Shown here one piece after another: positions 25,813 to 38,725 of a DNA stretch of 64,000 bases; position 1 is the first letter of the stretch; each line of letters starts with the position of its first letter. The DNA is from Callorhinchus milii (lineage: Eukaryota): positions 22,322,001 to 22,386,000 of the forward strand of contig NW_024704743.1 in NCBI RefSeq assembly GCF_018977255.1, in the 5' to 3' direction. The notes beneath the pieces were generated by a model. It did not search any database, had not been told where the DNA came from, and saw only the letters and a program-made list of their open reading frames with translations. The position numbers and the translations under genes were made by a program.

Positions 25813-27367
25813 TACAGGAAGCCACAAGGAAGGAAAAAGGATTGTTCAGCCCAAACCCTCTCTTTCCACAGACCCTATCATGGACTTCACCCTAAGCCCT
25901 TTAACTCCCAGGGAAACATTCTACTCAGGTATTCTCCCATCCCAAAGGCAATCAAATGATAGAACAAAATTAACCTGTCCTGACATTTGCACTATTCACA
26001 CCTATTGTGCTACGTCATCACAGAAACCAAAGTGGTTGTCCAGCAGGGAGGTGCTAATATATCCCTTATTGTTCAACTTGAAACAATACTTGACCATCTG
26101 TCTTTTTTTAATAACAGTAAATAGTTCCTTCAGCTCTTCACTAACATCACAAATGTCATCAGCATTAGGGCTGCAGTGAGGGAAGCAGTGAGCAGAACTC
26201 GCCAGTGCTCCATATTACCCGAGAGTAAAATGGATGAGGCAGTAAAACCTGATGGTGCCTCCCTCTCAGCGCTCTGCAACAGCCATTGATTTATACAATT
26301 GGGGGATAAATAAAACATATGACATCTCTCATAACGCCAGAGAGATGTGCTCTAAAGTAGACCTGGAATGTAAGGATTTTTTCCCAAAAAAACATCAGAA
26401 ATGTGTAGTATTAGGCTCAATAATATTTACTCTTCAAAAACAAATTAGGAGCTTCATAAAGTCACTTATTTTTAGTTAGAAAGTGGTATTTTGGGGCAGG
26501 ATTTACAACTATTGCTCATTAATATGCATCAAACAGGATGCATCAGTGAATGTACTAGGTGGCAACATTGTCAGGTTAAGTCTCTTTGATGGGGAAAGAC
26601 CCACCATGTGGCATAGAAACACTTTCTGTTGTGTATCGCCAAGGCAAGACAATAATACGCGTAAAACATTTTTTAAAAATGCCATTAACATGTACATCTT
26701 AATTGGATTTTCATGTCTTAAGTTTTACAACTTTCGGTTAAAAAGAGTTCTGTGTTTGACGTTCTGTAATCTGGATAGAAATGTTACAAAAATAACCTAC
26801 TCTATAAGTTAGTAAATTACAATTAGTTCTATTTTAAGTGGGTGTGTTTGTTTGTCTGTTCGCCTCAGTGAAGATCGAACAGAGCGAACATTGTGGCAGC
26901 TCTGTGATCCAAGGAAAATCCAGTTCAGCTTCAGTGTCTGTCTTTGGGGCTGGCGTGTCTGTCAGAGTAAAGGCAGATTGCTATTGTGTCAGCTGTGGTT
27001 GAATGAAACCCAGAGAGGTTAAGCCGTCAACCACATGATAAAAAACCTTTGCAAGCTAGAACAGGCAGAAGCGTACAACATGAGGATGAGAGGGTGAAAT
27101 CAAATGGGCTGAAGTTGCCTTCTTCATCAAAACTAATCTTGTGGATTCCAAAATTGTGTCATGATCCATAAATTTCTGATATTGAAATAGCTGTGGTACT
27201 TTACATTTGAGTCAAGTTTTATTTCTGATTTGTTTCCAGTTTTTATAGGACAACAAAATCTGCAGTTTATGAATATTTCTATGCCACCTTATTGTCAGCT
27301 TTGCAAAAAATCAGTAAATTGAGGGCTTTCTAGATGTTATGAGTAAAATCTTTGTTCATGGATTGAT

Positions 27368-27510
27368 GAAGGTCCATCTCAAGACCTACCTCTTTGACCA
27401 TGTTTTTGGTCATCTTTCCCCTCCTTAAACCCCTCAGCTCCCACCCCGCCTTGAGCACCCAGCTAGGATGTGAAACACCTCCTGACGTGAATGTAAATTT
27501 GTATTGTTCT
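27368..27510 (+). mobile_element. L2 3' end fragment
   Basis: Homologous to 7679-7830. Confidence 0.75.
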
Positions 27511-28860
27511 GTTTCTGTCTTTCACCGAATGTCACATAACTTTCTGAGTGCTTTACACGGAAGTGATAGAATTACAAAGTCATTACATTTGGTTGCATTC
27601 CCCCTCCTATCCTTTTTTAAGATAATTAATGGGTGATGGTAGAATTACATACAACATCACAGAATGGAAACAGGGCACTCAGCCCAACTAGTCTGTAACG
27701 GAGATTATGCTAGGAGTTCTCAGAACTCATAAATCAGTTGTTGTATTTATTCTAGTGCAACCAGAATCGTCTTTATAAACCGTTACTAGACAAAACCTCC
27801 ACAATTATTGGAGTTATGTTGCTTTAAGAAACGGATAAACAGCAGGTTTTATTTTCAAACTCTTACAAAATATCTGTTTTCCTGGAATACACAAAGAAGA
27901 TTAAAAAAACTTGAAAAGTAAAATACTACAAGATATTTTAATAATTCTGGTTGGTACCTTTGCAGAGGCTTGAAGGGGTATGACGATTAGTCAGGGCAGT
28001 GGGACTGAATGAACACCTTGCTCTGAGAGACGGTGCAGACTCAATGGACCGAATGGCCTCCTTCTGTGCCGTAAATTTCTGATTCGACACCAGGTTAAAA
28101 ATCTTCACCCCCAACAAGAGGCTGCCCTCACTGTCTATGACCCCGGCTTGTCTCACTCATTTAACATCAGCCTCTGTTTTGGGCTGCGAGGAATTTCTGA
28201 AAAATTGTCTTTTTAAAAAAGAGATTTAAAATATCATTGCTGGAGGTTTTTTTAAGAAAAAACAAAAAGGCACTTGTGTGTTAATAGAGTGCTGCTACAC
28301 CATTCTAAGATAGATGGAGAAATATTTTTTCTCCCATTCTAGGTCTGTTTTAAACACAAACAACATTGGCATCAGTGTTGTTATTCTATCAAATTGTACA
28401 ACCTCAGCAACAATCACCAACAAGAAATAGGCCGATTATTGGTTCAGTCGGACAACAGCTCAGGGCATGCAGAGATTGTGAGCTGTACAGATCTCATTAC
28501 CTCCCTGGGTATTCTACCAGCTGGTTTCTAGTTCAATCCTTGTGTATTTTTCAGGTCAAAGCAGGACTGAAGCCTGACTGACCCAGAAAGGTTTACACAC
28601 CCCTCGCATTCAGAACGCAAACTCTAGAAGGAGTAAGAGTGCAACAAGAAGGTACTTTTAGTAAAAAAAGAGTGAAAGAGGAACTGATAGACTGCCCGTT
28701 ACCACATGCAAAATGAAGTACTGTTCAGAGCTGGCTGCAAACGAAAATCAGCCCACAGAGGAGAGAGACTGAAGCGTTATTTCACAGTGTGAGGACTTGA
28801 TTTTCAACCATGCAATGAAAGAGAGACGATACAAAGCGACAAGTCCGGTGGTATTCTTAC

Positions 28861-28896
28861 CAGGGCTTCATTATCTTCTGCAATTTCTGATAGCGT
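28861..28896 (-). CDS. ELMO1: ELMO coding exon 6 (36 nt): (E)RYQKLQKIMKP(C)
   Basis: tttgcag|...TG|gtaaga, phase 2-2; peptide matches the ELMO1-type RYQKLQKIMKP segment as I recall it. Confidence 0.93.
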
Positions 28897-29469
28897 CTGC
28901 AAAATTTAAAAACTTTCACATATTACACAGTTCTTCATAATGTCATTCATAGCTCCACAAAGTACACTCAGACACCAGCTGTGGTGCTGGAGGAGTTCTA
29001 CACACAGCGCAGAAACAAGTCAGAGGCATCACCTGCGTAAAGTAATACGGTTACTTTACTGCCATCTGTTGACATTTACATCTTTAAGCAAAGCTCCATC
29101 CCTAATCCCCTTTCTCACATCAGAGTGGCAGTGGGGGAAGAGAAAGAGGAAGAAACATATCATAAAGCAGGTACTTTGATCACATTCCTACTTTTAAGAA
29201 TCCACATCCTTGAGTAACATTATGGGAAAGTTCCACTCTCCCAGCACATCAATTTTCTCCGATGAACAGTTTTAACTAAACAGCATTTAAAATGAGGGTC
29301 AGTGATCTTTTCAAATAAAACTACTGAAGTTAAATGCAATTCTCAAAATGCGTCTTTCAGTTTGCAGAGCTGCAAATCACATCAGAACATATTTGAAGAG
29401 AATTAAACAATGTCTTATTTTTGGGTCAACCGGTGTCTGATACATGCAGAAACCCATCAGCTTGCTTAA

Positions 29470-29778
29470 AAGTTGGCGAGAGTTAAGGCTTGGGGACCCC
29501 AGAGTGTGCGCTGGGGTACTGCTGGAGTCTAACCAGCTTAAAAATATATAGATTGCCATTGAGTGCAATGTCTGGCAAGTTCAGCTGAGACCACCCGATC
29601 CATGGCTCTGACTTGCAGGATTGACAGGAGGAGCCAAGTGGAAATCATATCTGTCCCCATTGACAGGTCTGACCCTCCAAGTTCTGCTGATGAGCCAGGT
29701 TACACTGTCATCAGCAGTGCCCTGGAATACTGCAGACCTACCTGGCTCAGGAACTGGACTACCGAGACATTCCATTGC
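29470..29778. repeat. Unclassified dispersed repeat, copy B
   Basis: tgctggagtctaaccag and agcagtgccctggaatactg...cctggctcaggaac shared with copy A. Confidence 0.75.
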
Positions 29779-32582
29779 CAAGCAATTCACCTTGTAGCCA
29801 GCTCATTCCCGAGGAGACCCTGTTTATTTCCCCACAAGGAGAACAGTCCGCAGTCTTATTCACAACAATACAGACAATGCACTAAATCACAGACCGTGTT
29901 AACGTTCAGAATATGCCGTTTGATTGCTACAACTTTAAATATAGAACATTGTCACCTTATTTTTTGTGTCTCCATATTTATATTGTGAATTGGACATTAC
30001 CTGTAATGCATTATGATGGCTTTCGCATCGGTCAAAAAGGAACAAAAGAACAGCAAAGCATTTAATGTGTGTAGCACCAATGGAACCTGCTCCCGTTGTT
30101 AACTAAACTCTCTGCCTCCGTAATTGCAGTCTTTCTCCTGACCTGTACACTGCTATATATGTGAAGGTTTGGCAAGGATAGAATCGGGATGGGCTACAAT
30201 CATCATCCGTTACCCACTCTCCTGCCTTCGAACAGTTTGCCGCCAACACTTACTGTGTAGACTCACACACAAAGTATGTCACCGAGAATCATAGACAATT
30301 CACAGCAATGAAGCAGGCTATTTGACCCATAAAGTCTGCACTGTTGTTTTCCCTCAGTTGGACGAGATTTCGGAGGGGGGCCAGTCCCCATAGAACTTTA
30401 TCCCGGTGCCACTGTTGAACAGAAACAAGTAGCACACGGGTCCAATCCTTTCCTGAGCACTTCCCTATGCTATGCTGAAGAATGAAATCTGCACGTTCAA
30501 GGAGACTCAGCCAGTAAATTTTTTTGGGGAAAAAAAAGGAACATGCCACTTACACCGTGGTTGCACAGTGCTGATGAGCTTTGGAATTCACGGAAAGGGC
30601 CTAGCAACACACTGGCTGGTACAAGTTCACGCTCACAGTGAAAAGTGTAGCATTTTACCTCAGTATCATAAACACTGATGGGAATCAATCGGCTGAAAAA
30701 GGGGGAGGGAGGGAAATGGCAAAACGAATAGTGCCCTGGGAGGATAGGATTTTACTGACTCTTTGCTCTCCTACACCATCTCCATTCACAGCCCCTCATC
30801 TTCCCCATGTTTGGAATGTTTTTCTTTTAAAAGCATTGAAAAACTTGACGTCATTCTGAAAAGATACTTCACTTTTAAGGGAAAAAAAGGGTGGAGGGGG
30901 GGCTGTTGAAATTCCAGAACAAAACTTTTGATTCTTCTCCTTGTAGTTCTACAGAGGCAGGATTTCTCATTTCTGTAATTATTTTGCAGAATAAAAAAAG
31001 ACTGCTACTCTCTTACCATTACAAGGCCCAGGAACAACAGCTGAATGTGCACAAATGATACCAGAAATGCTCACGCAAAACAAGTAGACAGCTTCACCAC
31101 TTTACATCATGGAATAAGAAAAAGCTATACAGCCAATAAAATCCACTCCTTTCACAGACGATACAAAACCCACCCTGACATGGAGTCTACCCCACACACA
31201 TCATCTCCCGGAGAAACTCTCTACAGAGATATTCCCCGATCCCCATAGTGAATCACGTAAAAGTACCAGAATATTACTTTTTTAGAAGTTATTTGACACA
31301 GCATCTTTCAAAAACATGATCCAAAACTGAAGCAATCAAATGATTTAAAGGCTCTTGTTTTAAACATACTTAACATAAATAAAATGTTCTAGCTTCTAAA
31401 CTTATTCTACTTGTGGTGTCAGGGTGTTGGGTTTCAGCTAAGATCACAACAATGCCTGAATTTTAAATTTTGCAGCTCATCATTAACTCCTTTTTCCACC
31501 CCCATTTGTAACTCAAAATATGGCTGTTTCTAAATTTATCTTTTCTAAACTAAAGATACCTGCGTTAATTTAAGCAAATGCTAAAATATATCAGTTCCCA
31601 TTTTCTCACTCAATTATAGTGTGTGTCTGATTTATTTCAGTCCTGCTTAGTCTTCCTTCTGCTTTTGAGTTCCTTTTCTTCCTTTTCTTTTGTTGAACCT
31701 GTTCACATTTAATACTTTGTACATTCACCTTCCTCTCCCCTTAACACAGGTTATACAAAACAAGAGAATGCCAGTAGCTGAGGTAGTTAATGGCAAACTC
31801 ACGGCACAAATGGATGCCAAAAGAGTCACCACCAAAATTTGGGGAAAGAGCATTCAACAAGTGATGCTATGCACAAAATGCTCACCAATCCCTCCCCGGA
31901 ACAAAGCTGATACTGAGTCTGACCATTTTATGCAAATAATTTTAATTCACAGGATGGTGCAAAGACTCAAAAAGGTAATTTCGGCCAGAATGAATGGCAC
32001 ACGTTAAATTAAATCTCAGTGTTTGAAACCGCAGCCATTTCTTTGAATTGCTATGTAATCATTAATTAATGTAAATGCAACTTCAACCTATGATCTGGTA
32101 ATTATCAAGCGGCAGACCAGAAATGTGGTCAACTCCAAACAACAGTTACCGATTGCTTCAGGAATGGCCATCTCCCCCCCCACCACACACACATACTCAC
32201 ACACACACACACACATACACACACAGCATAGCGCTGGTCTCGGAGCTAGTGTTAACATTGTTCCTAGCGATGGCATGGATAGTAATGAGACAGGTGCCTT
32301 GTTGCTGATCACACAGCTCAGTGTTTTGGTTCTTCTTCACAACAGCACATTTACATTTGTATAACATTTATCATGTTAGGAGGGTGTCCCAAGGCACCAA
32401 ATCATTATGCCAAAACCCGGTGGGGATGGGGGGGGTCACCACACAGTAGTGAAAACCATGGACTGTTATTACCCCATGGTTTGGTGTGTAGGATTGATTG
32501 TTTTTTGGTCAGCCAGGTGTCTGACATATGCGGAAACCGATCATTCCATGAATAACCAAACCAGATTGAGACTTCATATATA

Positions 32583-32768
32583 CCACCTGTACATGGACAA
32601 GTCCATGTGTCTGTAATGGAATGCACACTCTCCCTCTGGAGGGACACACCTGTTTACTTAATTCTAGAGAGTATGAAACCACACGCTGGCAAGAGGCAAG
32701 GCTTGGGGAGCCCAGAGGGTGTGTTTAGTGCTGGAGTTTAACCAGCTGACACTGCATAGCTTGCAATG
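32583..32768. repeat. Unclassified dispersed repeat, copy C
   Basis: gaatgcacactctccctctggagggac and tgctggagtttaaccag shared with copies A and B. Confidence 0.75.
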
Positions 32769-33011
32769 ATAATTATCGTATCACAAGTTGCATTATTGCC
32801 CTTAATCAAAGTTTCACAGAGAGGAATGTAGATTTTGGCACTTTCCCACCATGATAATATGAACCTAAAAATGTTTCTCCTGCACTTCTTTCACTCCCCA
32901 TTGCCCCTCCCCCCAGGGGGAAGGGCGGGATAGACAACTGAGAGTTTAATACATTTGCTTACATTCAGATAGTTTAATACACTTGCTATGTTCAGGTGTA
33001 GAGATACTTAC

Positions 33012-33181
33012 TCATTGCCACTTTCCACCATCTGAGTTAGCAGAGAGATACCATCTAGGTTAATGAATTCTTGCGCAAAGGTGATGTCACGGGAATAGCT
33101 AGCCAGGTCCTTCAATGCTTCCAACTTAGCATCCATGCTGGATGACTGGATCCTCCCGTGAAGTCCCTCTGCAGCCTGGGA
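33012..33181 (-). CDS. ELMO1: ELMO coding exon 5: SQAAEGLHGRIQSSSMDAKLEALKDLASYSRDITFAQEFINLDGISLLTQMVESGN(E)
   Basis: 170 nt, ctag|...GA|gtaagt, phase 0-2. Confidence 0.96.
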
Positions 33182-33298
33182 CTAGATGAAAGCAGAGAAC
33201 ATGTAATTTACCTTCCCCCACCTCCACCATTACCAACCCTTGTCCCAAACCAAACTTGATCAGGTCAAAGAACTATAAAGGCTGCATAAGCCACTTAC

Positions 33299-33349
33299 TG
33301 GAGATTGGGTTAATCGAAGGATCGCTCCATTTTTTATTTCATTACGGTT
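33299..33349 (-). CDS. ELMO1: ELMO coding exon 4: NRNEIKNGAILRLTQSP
   Basis: 51 nt, ctccag|...|gtaagt, phase 0-0. Confidence 0.95.
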
Positions 33350-33474
33350 CTGGAGAGGGAAAAAAATGATAGAGGGTTGGATTCATTTTAGATCATAGCT
33401 TAAAGATTTCCAGTCACTAACGGACCCAGCACTAACCATCCACTACTAGACACCACTATTCTGATAATAATAAC

Positions 33475-33890
33475 CATTACATTGGATATAACGCCTTATC
33501 ATGTCATCGAGACACCTCAAAGAGCTTCACAGGATATACTGTAAAGTGGATTGACTATGTATTTTGTGGGCGAAACCCAGCAGCTAGCTCGCACACAACA
33601 GTGTCCCACAACTGGCCATGGAGTGAGTGACCAATTTTATTCAGGGGATTGTTGGCCAGGACACCGGGAGGAACTCCCTTCTCTTTTCGAATAGTGCCAT
33701 GGGACCCTTAACATCTACCTGAACAGGCAGACAGGACCTTGGATTAATGTCTCACCCGAAGGAAGGCACCTCCAACAATGGAACAACCCTCGGCACTGCA
33801 CTGAAGTGTCATCTTAGAGAATGTGATTCCAATGTGGGGCTTGAACCCACAACCTTCTGACTCACAGGCAAGAGTTCTACCACTCATGAC
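33475..33890 (-). mobile_element. Near full-length older Deu-SINE (SacSINE1/AmnSINE1-like organisation)
   Basis: tRNA-like head (gggttcaagcccc on the minus strand), long Deu domain, L2-type tail. Confidence 0.8.
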
Positions 33891-35869
33891 AAGTTACTAT
33901 TTTCCTCCCTCGGGGTCTTCTCACTCAATGCATCAGCCTCTGCCAATACCGCAAATGAACTATACACAAATTCAACCCAGGCTAGTTCCCTCTCCAATTC
34001 CTCTCCAGCCAGCCTGGATGATATCGGGACCCATATTCAGAGAGTGGAAGTTGTCTGTATAACTCCATAGGTGATGCCACAATGCCTGTGGTATCAGTCC
34101 TAAGTGAATCAATTGGGTTTGTGTTCACTTGATATGGAGAGGATGCAGCAGTCCAGTGACCCTGAGTTACTGTCAACTGGAATCAGGAACAAAGATTCAA
34201 CAATCAATGTGAATATGAATCCACTAATCTGCAGATTACATTAGGAGAACATCATGTGGTACCAGCTAGCAACTTAAAAATTGGCATAATTAAAAATATG
34301 AGGTGTGCGCTATTGGTACAATTAATAAATAAGAGATGTCCACAAAAGCAAGTGGGGCAAAAATCCATAGGATTTAAAATGTCCTGAGACGAGGAAGCAA
34401 GTTCACTGTGGATTGCTGAAATTATGCAATGGAACATCAACAACTTCCATTTATATAATGCCCTTCACACAGGATAGCGTGTCAAAGTGCTGCACAGTAG
34501 ATCAAATACAGTATCTATGGTCAATATGAAAATTATCCGGAAATGGAAAAACCATTCAATAACATATAAGAACACAGGGAATAATAATAATCTTGCATTC
34601 GAAATAGCACCTTATCACGTTGTTTAGATGTCTCAAAGCGCATCACAGGACATACTATAAAGTGGATATTTTGTGGGTGAACATGGAAGCCAATTTCTGC
34701 AAAGCAGTGTCCCACAAACAGCTAACAAGTGAGTGACCATTTTTATTTGGGGGATTTGTTGACCAGGACACATAAATACCCATTGTGGGAGTTGTGGGTT
34801 GATTTCACAAACTAAATTTCTCCATTATATGTCAATGGAAGGTGAGCCAAAGGTCAAACCTCATGCCAGAGAATGAGAGCTTCAGCTTCGCCTTTCTCTG
34901 GTTATGTCCAGTGAGTGAGACCTACTGCATTCAGTTCTATATAGAGGACTTTCATAGAGCCACAGGACACCTCCTGAACAGAAGAAGATATTCAGTCCAT
35001 TGTGTCTGCGCTGGTGCTAACTTCTCCACTGGAGTTATAGTCTCTATTTCAATTCCCCTGCTCTTTCCCTTTCCCCCATTTCATATATTTATCCAATTCT
35101 CTATTAAGTGTAATGATCCACAAGGCTTCAGTCGTCATTTATGGCCAGAAATTCCACATTTTAGCAACCTTTTATGTAAAACAAATTCTTCTAAACTCTG
35201 TTGTGGACACATCTAACCTCCAATCAGTACTCAACCATGTCTTGAGAGTATCGCAAATCTGTTGGGTTTAGACCAAGACACAGAAACACTAAGAGTCCAG
35301 GCACTAAGCTGTTTAATAAACAGCTTGATGCTGTGATTTGAACATGACGGAAGGATGAGAAGAAGGGCCTTCGTTGTCTAAATCAATCTTGCAACAGAAA
35401 AAATCTAATTCATCCCTGCAGGTATCCATGGATTACAGAACATGCCACAAACTCAAAGCGGATGATTAACCAAACCCAATGCTATGTTCTACTCTAGCCA
35501 CATGGTGGCAGACACCCTCCTTTATAGAATTAAGGCTGTAGCAGACTCTTCAGTGCACATCATACTAATTTCCCACAGCTAATTGGAAACTATAATGAAG
35601 ACATTCTCCATCCCAAGCTGCACTCAATATAAAATTAAATCAGATACAGTGGGTAACTGTATCCACTGTACCCTCCCTGATCCTAACCACCCCCCACAAC
35701 GGGTCGGGTCCTAATCCCTGACTGTTCAGCAGATGGGACGTCCTCCCGACGTAAAAGGCGCTTTACAAATGTAATTTTGTACTGTAACTCACCATTAAGG
35801 GCAATCAATAGACTGGTCTATTTCCCACTTGGCAGTGAACTGCTCTCGTTAGTGAGTTTTTCAATTTTA

Positions 35870-36545
35870 GTCAACAACTATTTGCATTTATGTTGTGCCC
35901 TTCATATACTGTATGTAGTGTCTCAGGACCTTTAAGAGGGATGAGGTTGCAAAGTGGAGGGAAGAGGACAGGGTGGCAATAAGCGTATGCACAGATGGAA
36001 TTCCAGAATTTGGGGGAGTTTGAAAGTGAGGGTTCACTCGGCCACCATTGATGGCATGGAGAGGGCAGGAAGGAAGCAGGTGTTAGCTGAGGGTGGGGGA
36101 GGAGATTAGAGAGATAAGGGGGTGACAGGGAAGGGTGAATTTGTAGGTTAGGGTGAGGGCCTTGAAATCGATCCACTGGGAGTCAGGGAGGCTAGCGAAG
36201 ACTGGGTTGACAAGAGTGAGGAGGTTGGTGCAAGTGAGGTTGTAGGTAGCAGTTTTGGATGAGTTTTGGCTTGCGAATGGTGACCAGCAAGGATTGTCTA
36301 AGTGAGACGTAAAGAAGGTGTGAATGAGTGTTTCAGTGGCGTTGGGTGTGACATCGGGACAACAACAACAATTTGCATTTATATAGTGTCCCTCACGCAT
36401 GGTAGTGTCCCAGAGTGTTTTAGAGAGGCAGAAAAGAAGGAAAAGGCCAGACGTGAGGGAGAAAAGAAAACTAAGGATTGAACCAGACACCAAGGTTGCG
36501 TGCTGGTTCGAGGAGTTTGAGAGAGAGGCCAGGGAGGTTGGAGGG
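35870..36545 (-). mobile_element. Old L2 fragment with an internal short L2-tail insertion (~36359-36417)
   Basis: ETLIHTFFTSHLD, WIDFKALTL motifs; tail near 35870. Confidence 0.8.
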
Positions 36546-36689
36546 TTTTTCTTTAACCTTCCACTCCTCCAGCTCTTGACCTTTTACTCACACAGTCCTG
36601 ACCCAACTGTATAGCGCCTTGGGATGTCCTTCCCGACGTGAAAGGCGCTTTATAAATGGAATCTTGTTGTTGTTGTTGTTATTGTAACA

Positions 36690-36952
36690 GAGGGGAGGGA
36701 GGGGAGGAAAAATGTTTTCACACAGTGAGTTGTTCGGATCTGGAATGCATTGCCTTGAAATGGCGGTGGAAGCTGATTTGATAACAATTTTCAAGAGAGA
36801 AGTGGATAATTATTTGGGGAGGACAAGTTTGCAGGGCTATGGGGAGAAAGCTGGAGAGTGGGATTGAATTGGATAACTCTTTTCAAAGAACCGGCACAGA
36901 CACGATGGGCCGAATGGCCTCCTTCTGTGCTGTATAATTCTATGATTCTATG
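36690..36952 (+). mobile_element. CR1 3' end, same subfamily as 13088, opposite orientation
   Basis: Close reverse-complement match to 13088-13340; ATTCTATG tail. Confidence 0.9.
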
Positions 36953-37519
36953 ATCTCAACACTGGTGGCCAAGCCTTCAGCCAACGTGACACTTTCCTCC
37001 AGAACTCTCCCCAAATCTCTTTGCCTCATATCTTCTCTCCACTTCCAAAATCCTCTTGAAAAAAATCTATCTCTGTGAGTGTGCTTTTTGGGTTAAAATC
37101 CTTAAATCTCCCTTTCCCTGCTCATTGCTCTCTGTTAAGATGTATAAGAGCTTTAAAATGTTCATCTTCTCCAGCTGAATCGTTACAGATTATGGTAAAG
37201 GGTAACACCCCGAACTAGAGTCTTCTTATGAATTTTTGGTTAATCTGATGAAAACATTTATTACTTTTGGAATGACCTTTCTTTATGTTTATCTTCTCAC
37301 CAGAGCGACTGCTCTTTAATCTAGTTCTAGTAAAAAAAAATGCTGATAATATGGAATATAGTAAAACATTTTTTTTGCGCTCAGCCAGATGGCCAACATA
37401 TGCAGAAACTCATCATCACCATGACTAGGGATATCTAAACCAGATAGCATTCCACCTATTGATGTGCAAAAACTTGTCATCGAGTCAGAGCCTAGTTGGC
37501 AGGTCACACAAGATAACAA

Positions 37520-38310
37520 GATCAGTCAGGTGAAGAAAGGCCCTTTGGCCCAATAACCATAGAAATTTACAGTATGGAAGAAGGCATTTGGTACATCGTG
37601 TCTGTGCTGGCTCCTGCAGTCCTTCTTGTCCCACTTACCAGCCTTTGAAGCTGACTATTTTTAAGGTGTTTGTCTAGTTCCGTTTGTGGGACACTGAGGT
37701 GCGCAATTGGCTGTCGCGTTTCGCCCACAAAATATAGAGTTAATTCACTTTACAGTGTATTCTGTGAAGCGCTTTGAGACTTGAGACTTCGAAGACGTGA
37801 TGAGGGCCTTATATCAAATGCAAGGATTATTATTATTGCTCATTCACTATCTTAAATTGATGCCCTCCTGTTACTGACGTCCCAACCAGTGGAAATAATT
37901 TCTCCCGATTGACTCTTACCAAACCTCTCATCATTTTAAAGACCTCTATCAGGTCACCGCTCAATCATCTTTGTATCATCCTAATAATTCTCCTCTGCAC
38001 TTCTTCTATTGCCTTGATATCTTTTCCAAAGTGGGGTCACCAATACTGGTATTCAAACTGAAGTCTAAAACAATTCATGTAACTTTAGTCTTATCTCGCT
38101 GCTTTTACATTCTCTACCCCTATTCATAAAACGTTAGATTCCATTTTTTTTTGACAGCTTTGTCCCACCTGCCTTTCCCTTTAGCAACCAAAATATAGTT
38201 TTTGTCCTTATTCTTCCTCACAAAATTTACACCCTCACAACTGTCCGTATTAAATTTCATTTTCCTTTTCTTTGCCCATTCAACTAATCTGTCTGTCTCA
38301 ACCTGTCATC
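37520..38310 (-). mobile_element. Old CR1 fragment with a nested SINE 3' half (+, ~37680-37837)
   Basis: Diverged CR1 3' sequence; SINE core and tail inside it. Confidence 0.7.
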
Positions 38311-38652
38311 GGTCCAGAATACCCACCCTACCATCTTCCCATCACAGCATCACGCTGTTTTTTAGACAACTCCAGTCCTGGCCTTGACCACTCTTACTTT
38401 AAAGAGTCCCCATTTGTACAACTCTGATTCCTCATTGGAGTCCCCCATTAAACACAGCAAGTCAGACTCCATTATTTCTGCAATTATTTCTACAATTATA
38501 CCTCGGTACAAAAATCTTTCCTTTTTTTTGCAAGTAGAGATTCACATGGTAAGATGCAATAAAAGTCACAGACATTTAAAATACATTTTAAATGAATGAA
38601 TCGAAATCACCCTCTCTCTTTCTCTCTCTCTTTCTCTCTCATACATACTTAC

Positions 38653-38725
38653 CTTTTCTGTGATGTAAAAGTTGTTGCTGTCTGCATGCTGCAGAGCATA
38701 ATTTTCAGGGTTTACCAGAGTCCAG
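38653..38725 (-). CDS. ELMO1: ELMO coding exon 3: WTLVNPENYALQHADSNNFYITEK
   Basis: 73 nt, aag|...AAG|gtaagt, phase 2-0. Confidence 0.95.

Noticed and set aside
29058..29063. Possible 6-nt microexon (cag|ATGGCA|gtaaag)
   Set aside because: No pyrimidine tract and a weak donor.
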